Assembly (NCBI GenBank): GCA_044370275.1
Contig: JBILVT010000001.1
Location: 10,054 to 74,053, forward strand
Direction of reading: 5' to 3'
DNA length: 64,000 bases
Origin: Burkholderiaceae bacterium
Lineage (GTDB): Bacteria > Pseudomonadota > Gammaproteobacteria > Burkholderiales > Burkholderiaceae_A
The notes beneath the pieces are model-generated. The model did not search any database. It was not told where the DNA came from and saw nothing but the letters and a program-made list of their open reading frames with translations. Shown piece by piece: positions 41,646 to 50,344 of the stretch (within the stretch, counting starts at the first letter, position 1; each line of letters opens with the position of its first letter). The position numbers and the translations under genes were made by a program.

Positions 41646-43034
41646 TTGATAGCAGCCGCAGATTTTTTGAAACAACTGGTCAGCGAGATTGGCTCAGATC
41701 GGGTCCTGACAGGAGACCGAATTCCCTCACGATGCCACACCGACTGGAGTGGCGCGGATCCGGTGATGCCGCTTGCACTGGTATGCCCACAAAGCACTCA
41801 GGAGGTCTCCAGGCTTTTGCGTTTATGTAGTCTTCATCATGTGTCCGTAGTGCCCCAAGGCGGGCTGACTGGGCTTGCTGGCGCAGCCGTCCCCATTGCA
41901 GATGGCATCGCCGTCTCTCTTGAACGGATGAATGCGATCGAATCGATAGAGCCTCGCGCAGCGACACTCTGCGTCCAGGCTGGTGCCACCGTCCAATCAG
42001 TCCAAGAGGCTGCAATTAAGGTGGGGCTGCAGTTTGGTGTGGATTTTGGTGCCCGCGGTTCTGCTCAGATTGGCGGTGCGATCTCGACGAACGCAGGTGG
42101 CAATGGCGTACTGCAATATGGAATGATGCGAGAGCAGGTATTAGGTTTGGAGGTTGTACTTGCAGACGGCACAGTCTTGCCCATGCTTCGGCCAATGCTT
42201 AAAAACAATACGGGTTACGATCTCAAGCAGTGGTTTACGGGCGCTGAGGGAACCCTTGGTGTCATTACTCGGGCCGTGTTGCGTCTGCGACCCTTGCCTC
42301 AGGCCAAGATTACCGCATTAGCAGCCCTACCGGATTTTGACGCATCATTGGCCTTGCTTACTCGTCTTTCAGCTTCGCTTCCTGGAGCGATCTCTGCCTA
42401 TGAGTTGATGTGGCAGGATTTTTTTTTGACATCGTTATCCTGGCAGAAGCTGCGTGATCCTTTTTCAAAAATGCATCCCATGGCCGTGTTGCTGACTGTC
42501 GATGGCCAGAGCGCTGAGGCCCTGCACTCTGCGCTCGAGTCAGTCCTCGCTGATGCAATGACCGCAGGCGAGATCGTTGATGTGGTGATCGCACAGTCGC
42601 AGCAGCAAGCCCGTGCCTTATGGAAAATACGCGAGGCAACTGCCGAGCTTTCGGTTTACATGCATCCGCCAATTAATTTTGATGTGAGCCTGCCGTTAGC
42701 GGAAATCGGCCGATTCGCAGAGGACTGCCGCGCGGCGTTATCTCAGCAGTGGCCCGGGCATCAGACGATATTTTTTGGCCATGTTGCCGACGGCAATCTG
42801 CACATCTCTACCGACGGGGCCACGGTGGCCCAGGCCCTTCACGATGTCGAGTCCTTAGTTTACAGACTGGTGAGGTCTTATGGCGGCAGCGTCTCAGCCG
42901 AGCATGGCATCGGCTTACACAAAAAGTCTTATCTGAGCGCCAGCCGAACAGAAGCAGAGTTGGATGTCATGCGCGCCGTGAAGCAGGCTTTAGATCCTAC
43001 CGCGATTATGAACCCTGGAAAGGTGTTTGACTGA
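41646..43034 (+). CDS. FAD-linked oxidase/D-2-hydroxyacid dehydrogenase (GlcD/D2HGDH-like)
   Basis: VPQGGLTGL, GGAISTNAGG, KNNTGYDL, GAEGTLGVIT, GHVADGNLH, SAEHGIG, DPTAIMNPGK. Confidence 0.88.
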   Translation: MIAAADFLKQLVSEIGSDRVLTGDRIPSRCHTDWSGADPVMPLALVCPQSTQEVSRLLRLCSLHHVSVVPQGGLTGLAGAAVPIADGIAVSLERMNAIESIEPRAATLCVQAGATVQSVQEAAIKVGLQFGVDFGARGSAQIGGAISTNAGGNGVLQYGMMREQVLGLEVVLADGTVLPMLRPMLKNNTGYDLKQWFTGAEGTLGVITRAVLRLRPLPQAKITALAALPDFDASLALLTRLSASLPGAISAYELMWQDFFLTSLSWQKLRDPFSKMHPMAVLLTVDGQSAEALHSALESVLADAMTAGEIVDVVIAQSQQQARALWKIREATAELSVYMHPPINFDVSLPLAEIGRFAEDCRAALSQQWPGHQTIFFGHVADGNLHISTDGATVAQALHDVESLVYRLVRSYGGSVSAEHGIGLHKKSYLSASRTEAELDVMRAVKQALDPTAIMNPGKVFD

Positions 43035-43071
43035 TGTCGCTGCTGCCTTTCGCTAAGAAGGCCCGTTGAAA

Positions 43072-44496
43072 ATGAGCGCATCCGCATCCGGCGTAGGTGC
43101 CAAGGCGTCACGATGTCTCTTCGCGCAAGAGGCGCTGCTGCCGAGCGGCTGGGCGAGTCAAGTGCTCTTGCAATGGGATGAACGGGGCCAATTGACATCG
43201 ATACAGACGCATGCGGAACCAGGCGATGCACCTCGCGCCAAAGGCCCTGTATTGCCCGGAATGCCGAATCTCCATTCTCATGCCTTTCAGCGGGCGATGG
43301 CGGGTCTAACCGAATATGGACAAGCAACGCAGGGCAACTTCTGGGGTTGGCGAGAGCTTATGTATCGCTTTGCGGCAGCGATCACGCCCGAGCAGCTCGA
43401 AGCGATTGCTACTGCCGTTTATATCGAGATGCTGGAGGCAGGCTTTACCAGTGTGTGCGAGTTTCACTATATTCATCACGATCTAGATGGCAGGCCCTAC
43501 GCAGATGATCGGGAGCTCTCTTTGCGCCTACTGAGGGCTGCCGAAAAGGCTGGGATTGGACTCACCCTGTTGCCGGTGCTATATCAGACAAGCGACTTTG
43601 GTGGTCGTGCATCGCGCCCTGATCAGCGGCGATTTATTCGCCGCACGGACAACATGCTTGCTTTGCTAGAGGCATTAAAACCTGCGTGTGACTCCCAGGA
43701 TGCGCGGCTCGGGCTTGCCCCGCATTCACTGCGGGCTGTACCCCACGACGCCTTGCAGCAGATCGTTTCGGGGCTGACATCACTAGATCCTACTGCGCCG
43801 ATTCACCTGCATATTTCTGAGCAGATCGCAGAGGTAGAGGCCTGCATGAAATGGAGCGGTAAGCGTCCCTTACAGTGGCTTTTGGATCATCATGCGGTGG
43901 ACGAACGGTGGTGCCTCATCCATGCTACCCATATTGACGCGCAAGAATGTCGACGAGCAGCAGCCTCCGGGGCGGTCGTGGGGCTCTGTCCGACCACCGA
44001 GGCGAATTTGGGAGATGGAATTTTCGATGCACCATCGTGGCGGGCTGTCGGCGGACGCTGGGGGATTGGTTCTGACAGTCACGTTGCAGTCAATGCAGCG
44101 GAGGAGCTCATGATGCTTGAATATGGCCAGCGGCTGGCCGCCCAGAAACGCAACCTGTTGGTTGGTCCGTATGCGTCATCGGTGGCTACTTCCATGACAC
44201 TGGAGGCTGTCGCGGGTGGCGCTCAGGCCAGTGGGCGCCGAGTGGCTGGTCTGGCAGTAGGCCAGCAGGCGGATTGGGTGATCCTAGATGCCCATCACCC
44301 CGTGCTTCAGGATCTGCCGAATGCGGAATCCATGCTTTCAGCTCATATTTTTGCGAGCAGTCGTCAGTCGGCGATCGACGAGGTCTGGGTGGCGGGTCAG
44401 GCGCGTGTGCAGCAGGGTAGGCATCAAGACTTTATTGTGACAAGGTCCGCATTTCAGGCGGCCAGAGGCCAACTCATGGAGACATCTCGCTCATGA
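43072..44496 (+). CDS. hutF: Formimidoylglutamate deiminase
   Basis: PGMPNLHSHAFQRAMAG, CEFHYIHH, APHSLRAV, HISEQ, CPTTEANLGDG, IGSDSH. Confidence 0.95.
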   Translation: MSASASGVGAKASRCLFAQEALLPSGWASQVLLQWDERGQLTSIQTHAEPGDAPRAKGPVLPGMPNLHSHAFQRAMAGLTEYGQATQGNFWGWRELMYRFAAAITPEQLEAIATAVYIEMLEAGFTSVCEFHYIHHDLDGRPYADDRELSLRLLRAAEKAGIGLTLLPVLYQTSDFGGRASRPDQRRFIRRTDNMLALLEALKPACDSQDARLGLAPHSLRAVPHDALQQIVSGLTSLDPTAPIHLHISEQIAEVEACMKWSGKRPLQWLLDHHAVDERWCLIHATHIDAQECRRAAASGAVVGLCPTTEANLGDGIFDAPSWRAVGGRWGIGSDSHVAVNAAEELMMLEYGQRLAAQKRNLLVGPYASSVATSMTLEAVAGGAQASGRRVAGLAVGQQADWVILDAHHPVLQDLPNAESMLSAHIFASSRQSAIDEVWVAGQARVQQGRHQDFIVTRSAFQAARGQLMETSRS

Positions 44497-45308
44497 ACTT
44501 TGAGACTTCGGTGCCTGCCTTTCGTTTTATTTCGGGCCAGCGACCCTTGTTAATCTCAATGCCACATGTCGGCACCCACCTACCGGACTGCGTGCGATGT
44601 CGGCTCACGGAGGCGGCGATCACCACACCGGATACCGATTGGCATCTGGAACGACTTTATGAGTTTGCTGATGCACTCGGCGTGTCATTACTTGTGGCGA
44701 CGCACTCGCGTTACGTGATCGACCTAAATCGCCCGCCGGACGGCAGCAGCCTCTACCCAGGACAGAGCGTGACCGGGTTATGTCCTGTAGATACTTTTAG
44801 CGGCGAGCTACTTTATCTAAGTCCAGCCGGCCAACCGGATCAGCAGGAGGTCGCCCAGCGAAGGCAGAGCCTCTGGGAGCCGTATCATGCTCAGATCGGT
44901 GCTGAACTCGCCCGCATCAGGACTCAACATGGGGTAGCGGCTTTGTGGGATGCGCATTCGATTCGATCACGGGTACCCCGTTTTTTTGATGGGCGTCTTC
45001 CTGACCTGAATCTAGGAACAGCAGATGGCGCGAGCTGTGATCCAAGACTTGCAGCGAGTCTTTTGGATATCGGACAAAAAGCCGAAGGTTATACCGCGGT
45101 GCTCAACGGTCGCTTCAAAGGTGGCCACATCACGCGTCATTTTGGCGCACCCTCTCAGGGAATCCATGCGATTCAGCTGGAGATGGCGCAGCGCGTTTAC
45201 ATGGAGGAGGTTTATCCTTTTGACTATCAGCCATCGCTGGCAGCAAAGGTTCAGCCTCACTTGCGTCGCATGTTGGAGGCGACACTGCATTTTGTCGAGT
45301 CGCTTTGA
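44493..45308 (+). CDS. hutG: N-formylglutamate deformylase
   Basis: SMPHVGT, DTDWHLERLY, SRYVIDLNRP, WDAHSIRS, NGRFKGGHITR, HAIQLE. Confidence 0.93.
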   Translation: MNFETSVPAFRFISGQRPLLISMPHVGTHLPDCVRCRLTEAAITTPDTDWHLERLYEFADALGVSLLVATHSRYVIDLNRPPDGSSLYPGQSVTGLCPVDTFSGELLYLSPAGQPDQQEVAQRRQSLWEPYHAQIGAELARIRTQHGVAALWDAHSIRSRVPRFFDGRLPDLNLGTADGASCDPRLAASLLDIGQKAEGYTAVLNGRFKGGHITRHFGAPSQGIHAIQLEMAQRVYMEEVYPFDYQPSLAAKVQPHLRRMLEATLHFVESL

Positions 45309-45328
45309 GCACCAGAAGCTAATCATCG

Positions 45329-46609
45329 ATGGGCATTGAATCAAAGAGTCTTACTCATGGGGCGGTAATGTCAGATCATCAGCCTAATCGTCAAGGCCCC
45401 TTGGCCGGCCTGCGAATCGTAGATTTCACGCGGGTACTCTCAGGCCCGTTTTGCACGGCACTATTGGCAGATTTGGGCGCTGAGGTGATCAAGGTGGAGC
45501 CGCCTCAAGGGGATGATTACCGGGCGATTGGACCTATGCGCAATGGCCACAGTGCGCTTTTTAGCGTGATGAATCGCGGCAAACAGAGTGTTGTGTTGGA
45601 TCTTAAGCATCCAGAGGCTGTCGCTCTGGCAAAGGAGCTATGCGCCCAGGCCGATGTGATTGTCGAGAACTTTCGTCCTGCGGTGGCTGAAAAACTCGGC
45701 ATTGGCTATGAAGTCATTCGACAAATCAACCCACGGGTGATTTACGCCAGCATCTCCGGATTTGGCCAGACCGGCCCTGCGGCGCACCGGCCAGCCTACG
45801 ACATTGTGCTTCAGGCAATGACGGGCCTCATGGAGGCCACCGGCTCTCCGGATGGGCCGCCAACGTTGGTCGGAGAGGCCGTCTCCGATGTGGTCAGCGG
45901 CCTGTTTGCGAGTTGGGGGATTCTTGCCGCTTTACTCGCTCGAGAGCGCACTGGCAAGGGCACACAGGTGGATATTGCCATGCTGGATTCCACTTTGGTT
46001 TTTAATGCGACTTCTGTCTCGCGCTATCTCTTTACTGGAAAAAGCCCTGTACGGGTTGGCAATCGGCATCCCCTCTCAGCGCCGTTTGGTGTGTATACCG
46101 CTGAAGACGGCCACTATGTGCTGGCCGTCTTGAATAACAAATTGTTCGGTAAGCTTTGTGAGCTGCTTGATCGGCCAGAGCTTGCCCAGGATCCGCGGTT
46201 TGTATCCGATGAGGAACGCTCGAAAAACGAACCGTTACTTCGTGCTGCTATTGAGGCTTGGTCTCGAAAACTCACGGTGGAGCAGGTGATTCAACGCCTC
46301 GAAGATGGTGAGATTCCTGCGGCACCCATCTGGAATATTGAGCAGGCCTTAAATTCGCCTCAGAGTCTGCATCGTGCGGTGATTCAGCCGGTGGAGGACC
46401 CTGAGCTGCCAGGCCTCCGACTGCCGGTCCAGCCTTTGAAGTTCTCGGGCTATCCGCCAACCGCCATCGATCGCGCTCCTCGACTCGGCGAGCATACTGA
46501 CGCAACGCTGATTCGTCTGCTTGGGCTTTCTGCCGAAAAGATTGCCCAACTGCGGGATCTTGGCGCCTTTGGGCATCCCCCCGTAACCGCCGGTAGGAGT
46601 AAGGTATGA
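45329..46609 (+). CDS. Class III (CaiB/BaiF) CoA-transferase
   Basis: GPFCTALLADLGAEVIKVE, NRGKQS, ENFRP, SISGFGQTGP, AYD, AVSDVVSG catalytic Asp region; alternative start 45368. Confidence 0.92.
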   Translation: MGIESKSLTHGAVMSDHQPNRQGPLAGLRIVDFTRVLSGPFCTALLADLGAEVIKVEPPQGDDYRAIGPMRNGHSALFSVMNRGKQSVVLDLKHPEAVALAKELCAQADVIVENFRPAVAEKLGIGYEVIRQINPRVIYASISGFGQTGPAAHRPAYDIVLQAMTGLMEATGSPDGPPTLVGEAVSDVVSGLFASWGILAALLARERTGKGTQVDIAMLDSTLVFNATSVSRYLFTGKSPVRVGNRHPLSAPFGVYTAEDGHYVLAVLNNKLFGKLCELLDRPELAQDPRFVSDEERSKNEPLLRAAIEAWSRKLTVEQVIQRLEDGEIPAAPIWNIEQALNSPQSLHRAVIQPVEDPELPGLRLPVQPLKFSGYPPTAIDRAPRLGEHTDATLIRLLGLSAEKIAQLRDLGAFGHPPVTAGRSKV

Positions 46610-47763
46610 AACCTCGTTTTGGCATCGTGCCTGATGATCAGGCCTTGGCCGATGCAATTCTTCGTTTTGCGGCCGAGGAATTAGCACCGCGTGCGCAGGA
46701 GGTTGATGATCAAGAGATCTCCACGGCGCGCTATGTACCCTTGTTGGCCGAACTGGGAGTGATGGGCATGAATCTGCCGGAGCGCTGGGGTGGAACAGAG
46801 ATCACACCAACAGCGCTTGTCTTGTCACTCGCTGCGATAGCAGAGGCCTGCGCTTCCACCTCTTCAATGATTGGCGCCCACTTTCTTGCTACCGATTCGA
46901 TTCTGATCGGCGGAGATGATGATTTGCGTCAGCGTTATCTACCTCAGGCGGCCGCTGGGAAAAAACTTGGCGCTTTTGCCCTCACCGAACCCCGCGCCGG
47001 ATCTAATCCGGCCGATATGGCCACGCGCGCTATCCGAGAGGGGGATGGCTATCACCTCATTGGTACCAAGCACTTTATCTCGAATGCAGGAGAGGCCGAT
47101 TTCATCGTGATTTTTGCTAAGACAGATCCGGCGAAAGGTCATAAAGGCATCAGTGCATTCGTGGTAGACAAAGGAACGCCCGGACTAAAGATCTCGGCTC
47201 CAGAAAAACTCATGGGTATACGCGGTGCCCATGCTTTTGAAATGTCGATCGATTGTCATGTGCCCGAGAGTCAGCGTCTTGGCCAGGAAGGAACGGGGTT
47301 TCACACAGCCATGCGGATATTGGACAACAGTCGTATGGATGTAGCAGCCACTTGCCTAGGAATCGGGGAGGCCGCGTTAGCAGCTGCGGTCGATTGGGCC
47401 CATAGCCGTCAGGTGGGAGGCGAGCCACTTGCCGCTAAGCAGGGCATTCAATGGAAGTTGGCAGAGATGAAAATGCGGCTTGAAGCGGCATGGCTGCTCA
47501 CCTTGCAGGCTTGTGCCAAACGGCAGGCAGGTGTGTCATTTTCGGCCGAGTCGAGCATGTGCAAACTTTACGCCTCTGAGATGGCAGCATTTGTTGCGGA
47601 TGAGGCGCTTCAGATTTTCGGCGGCTACGGCTACACCCGAAGCCTGCCGCTCGAACGTTATGTTCGAGATGCTCGCATCATGCGGATCTATGAGGGATCA
47701 TCGGAAATTCAGAGAACGATTATTGCGCGTGGACTGCTTGCAGAAGGGTCTGCCGGGGCATGA
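46606..47763 (+). CDS. Acyl-CoA dehydrogenase
   Basis: FALTEPRAGSN, GTKHFISN, ALQIFGGYGY, RDARIMRIYEGSSEIQR; ATGA overlap with CoA-transferase stop. Confidence 0.93.
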   Translation: MKPRFGIVPDDQALADAILRFAAEELAPRAQEVDDQEISTARYVPLLAELGVMGMNLPERWGGTEITPTALVLSLAAIAEACASTSSMIGAHFLATDSILIGGDDDLRQRYLPQAAAGKKLGAFALTEPRAGSNPADMATRAIREGDGYHLIGTKHFISNAGEADFIVIFAKTDPAKGHKGISAFVVDKGTPGLKISAPEKLMGIRGAHAFEMSIDCHVPESQRLGQEGTGFHTAMRILDNSRMDVAATCLGIGEAALAAAVDWAHSRQVGGEPLAAKQGIQWKLAEMKMRLEAAWLLTLQACAKRQAGVSFSAESSMCKLYASEMAAFVADEALQIFGGYGYTRSLPLERYVRDARIMRIYEGSSEIQRTIIARGLLAEGSAGA

Positions 47764-47809
47764 CCGGACACTAGGCGCTCCCAACTCTGGAATCGCTTTG
47801 CATTGCTTA

Positions 47810-48676
47810 CTAGGCGGCAAGCTGCTCCAGCGACACCTTCAGCGCAGATTCAGGCATACCGTTTTCCCAAGGTAAATCCACTGGGTACTCTTTGAGCAGG
47901 CAATCATCGGGCAGACAATTAATCGGTGTGAAGTTTCGATGGGCGATGTATTCAGGGCGTTTAAATCGCCGAATATGATTGCTTACAGCACACAAGCTAA
48001 GGTAGACGCTGACGCGATTAAAAGGCGAGAGGTTACTGCTGGATGCATGAACCAGACAGCTGTGAAACAGCAGCATTGATCCGGCTGGGCCTTTCGGGCT
48101 GACAATACCACCATTTTTTCCGCCTGCGCGATTCACCAGCTGACGAATCAGCTCGTTATTGATGGTCCAAAGCGGGTAACTCGTAGTGGTTAGGTCGTGA
48201 GATGCATCAATGACTCCCTTCTTATGACTGCCCGGAATAAACATTAGGGGTCCGTTGAACTCATACACATCATCAAGAAAAATTGCTATGTTCATCGCAC
48301 GTGGCTCAGGCATTAAATCATCATTGAGCCAGGTGCCGTAATCCTGATGCCACTGCCATACATCCCCCTCAAAGGCCATCTTTCCATTGATCTTGAACTG
48401 ATGCATGTAAAGCTTTTCATTAAATATCTGCTCTACCGGACTAATCATGCGTGGATGGCATGCGAGTCGGGCGAAAGGACTGCTGTAAAGATGGGCGGCA
48501 AAATTGGTTCGGACTGCATCACTGTCTTTTTCCCGAACGTTGTAAATCTCCCGCCGTTGATAGAGCTCAGGCACGGCATCGGTAAGAGTTCTTGTTTCTT
48601 CGGACGTAAACAGACCGGGAAAAAACAGATAGCCATCTTGATTAAACTGTTCGATCTGTGCAGGGGTAAGTTTCAT
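47810..48676 (-). CDS. Fe(II)/2-oxoglutarate dioxygenase, PhyH family (ectoine hydroxylase-like)
   Basis: QFNQDGYL, HQFKINGK, WHQD facial-triad motif, GPLMFIPGSHK, LVHASSSN..R; likely start is ATG 48676, not the long ORF start. Confidence 0.85.
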   Translation of the reverse strand: MKLTPAQIEQFNQDGYLFFPGLFTSEETRTLTDAVPELYQRREIYNVREKDSDAVRTNFAAHLYSSPFARLACHPRMISPVEQIFNEKLYMHQFKINGKMAFEGDVWQWHQDYGTWLNDDLMPEPRAMNIAIFLDDVYEFNGPLMFIPGSHKKGVIDASHDLTTTSYPLWTINNELIRQLVNRAGGKNGGIVSPKGPAGSMLLFHSCLVHASSSNLSPFNRVSVYLSLCAVSNHIRRFKRPEYIAHRNFTPINCLPDDCLLKEYPVDLPWENGMPESALKVSLEQLAA

Positions 48677-48841
48677 CGTGTTATGCCTCTTGAAGTTCTT
48701 AGTATGCCGTTCCGTCGCGCCTGGGACATCTTGCGATGCACCACTATCAGTTGGCCTTTTCGGGCGCGTCAGTAAGGCGGCAATCGGCGCGAGTATATTA
48801 GCGTTTGGCGTTGTGGCTTCGATAGTACGGGAGGGCCTAGT

Positions 48842-49270
48842 ATGAAAGTTACAGGAGCATGTTTTTGCGGTGCAATCTCTTTTCAGGCTATCGTGGATCC
48901 AACACGGGTCATCGCATGCCACTGCAAGGATTGCCAGATCTTTTCCGGAGCGCCTTTTCGGGCGGTATTGCCAACCCCGATCGCCAAGGTTGAGGTTAGT
49001 GGTAAGGCCAAACATTTCGTCAAGATTGCGGAAAGCGGTAATCGCCGGATACAGGCGTTTTGCGGAGAGTGCGGCAGCCATCTCTGGGCCACCGAGGGTG
49101 ATGGCGAACCCAAAACCATGAATCTTCGTCTTGGCTGTATTGAGGAGCGTGACCAGTTGGTTCCAACCGTGCAAGTCTGGAGCCATTCGGCCGTGCCCTG
49201 GTTGGACCAGCTAGTCTCGGTCCCCGCCCATACTAAGGGGCCATCAAGTCCGCTAACGACGGCGTCATAA
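48842..49270 (+). CDS. GFA/CENP-V family Zn protein
   Basis: GACFCG, CHCKDCQ, FCGECGS; RBS GGAGG. Confidence 0.88.
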   Translation: MKVTGACFCGAISFQAIVDPTRVIACHCKDCQIFSGAPFRAVLPTPIAKVEVSGKAKHFVKIAESGNRRIQAFCGECGSHLWATEGDGEPKTMNLRLGCIEERDQLVPTVQVWSHSAVPWLDQLVSVPAHTKGPSSPLTTAS

Positions 49271-49287
49271 TTAGGAGCAATCTTTCG

Positions 49288-50304
49288 ATGCACTCATCTT
49301 TGCTAATGAAAAACTTTATGAAACGCCGAGCATTTATTCTGTCAGGCTGTTCCGCTGCATTATTTGGCGTAATGAAATCCGACGGCTATGCACAGTCGTC
49401 GTATCCAAATCGAACTGTCAAGGTTATTGCACCCGTGAATCCGGGTGGAGGGGTAGACCTTGTGGCGAGAACAGTTTCTGAGCAGCTCGCAAAATCGTTG
49501 AAGCAATCATTTGTCGTTGAGAACATTTCTGGGGGCGGCGGTATTGTTGGCTCAATGGTTGTCAAGCGGGCTGCCCCGGATGGCTATACGCTTTTTCTAT
49601 CCTATGTTGGTACGCATGGGACAAATCCTGCGGTGCGTAAACTCCCGTACGATGCGATGTCCGATTACACGCACATCGCAATGATTGCGGGTACGCCAAA
49701 TATTTTAGTCGTCCCTGCATCGACGCCTGCCTCTAATATGAAGGAGTTTCTTGCATATGCCAAGCAAAATGTTGGAAAACTTAGTTATGGCTCAGCGGGC
49801 ACAGGTACGCTCACTCACCTCGCAATGGAACAGCTAAAGCTTGCGGCTGGATTTTTTATGACTCATGTGCCCTACCGAGGTATCGGTCCAGCTCTAACTG
49901 ACACCATGGGTGGGCAAACTCAAGCGATGATGCCTGGACTCGCAGCGGCAATTCCTCACATTCGTTCAGGCCGAATTAAGCCCATCGCAATAACCGGTCG
50001 GCGACGTCACTCTCTGCTGCCGAATGTGCCCACTTTAGACGAGCTGGGATTTAAAGGTTTTGATGGGGTTCAGTGGTACGGTATTTCCGGACCAGCAAAA
50101 ATGCCCTCGGATATTGTCAATCTTTTGAATACCGAGATTAATCGGACGATTGCCATCGATGAAGTGAAAAAGAAGCTCTCCATAGAGGCGCTTGAGACAA
50201 TGCCGATGAGCCCAGTTGAATACTCAAAGTTTATCCAGGACGATATTGCACGATGGGCAAGAGTCTCAAAAGAAAGAAATATTGTTATTGAGGGCGACTC
50301 GTAA
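49288..50304 (+). CDS. Bug/TctC-family solute receptor
   Basis: PGGGVD, APDGYTL, YGSAGTGTLTHL, HVPYRG, LPNVPT. Confidence 0.9.
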   Translation: MHSSLLMKNFMKRRAFILSGCSAALFGVMKSDGYAQSSYPNRTVKVIAPVNPGGGVDLVARTVSEQLAKSLKQSFVVENISGGGGIVGSMVVKRAAPDGYTLFLSYVGTHGTNPAVRKLPYDAMSDYTHIAMIAGTPNILVVPASTPASNMKEFLAYAKQNVGKLSYGSAGTGTLTHLAMEQLKLAAGFFMTHVPYRGIGPALTDTMGGQTQAMMPGLAAAIPHIRSGRIKPIAITGRRRHSLLPNVPTLDELGFKGFDGVQWYGISGPAKMPSDIVNLLNTEINRTIAIDEVKKKLSIEALETMPMSPVEYSKFIQDDIARWARVSKERNIVIEGDS

Positions 50305-50344
50305 GCGATGATAGAGTCCCGCAGGGTCACTCTCTAGGACTTTT

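Noticed and set aside
47810-48676. Ectoine hydroxylase ectD
   Set aside because: Signature deviates and no ectABC context
48677-49186. N-terminal 170-aa extension of the dioxygenase ORF (apparent fusion)
   Set aside because: Overlaps the GFA gene on the opposite strand; the family-like sequence begins at ATG 48676
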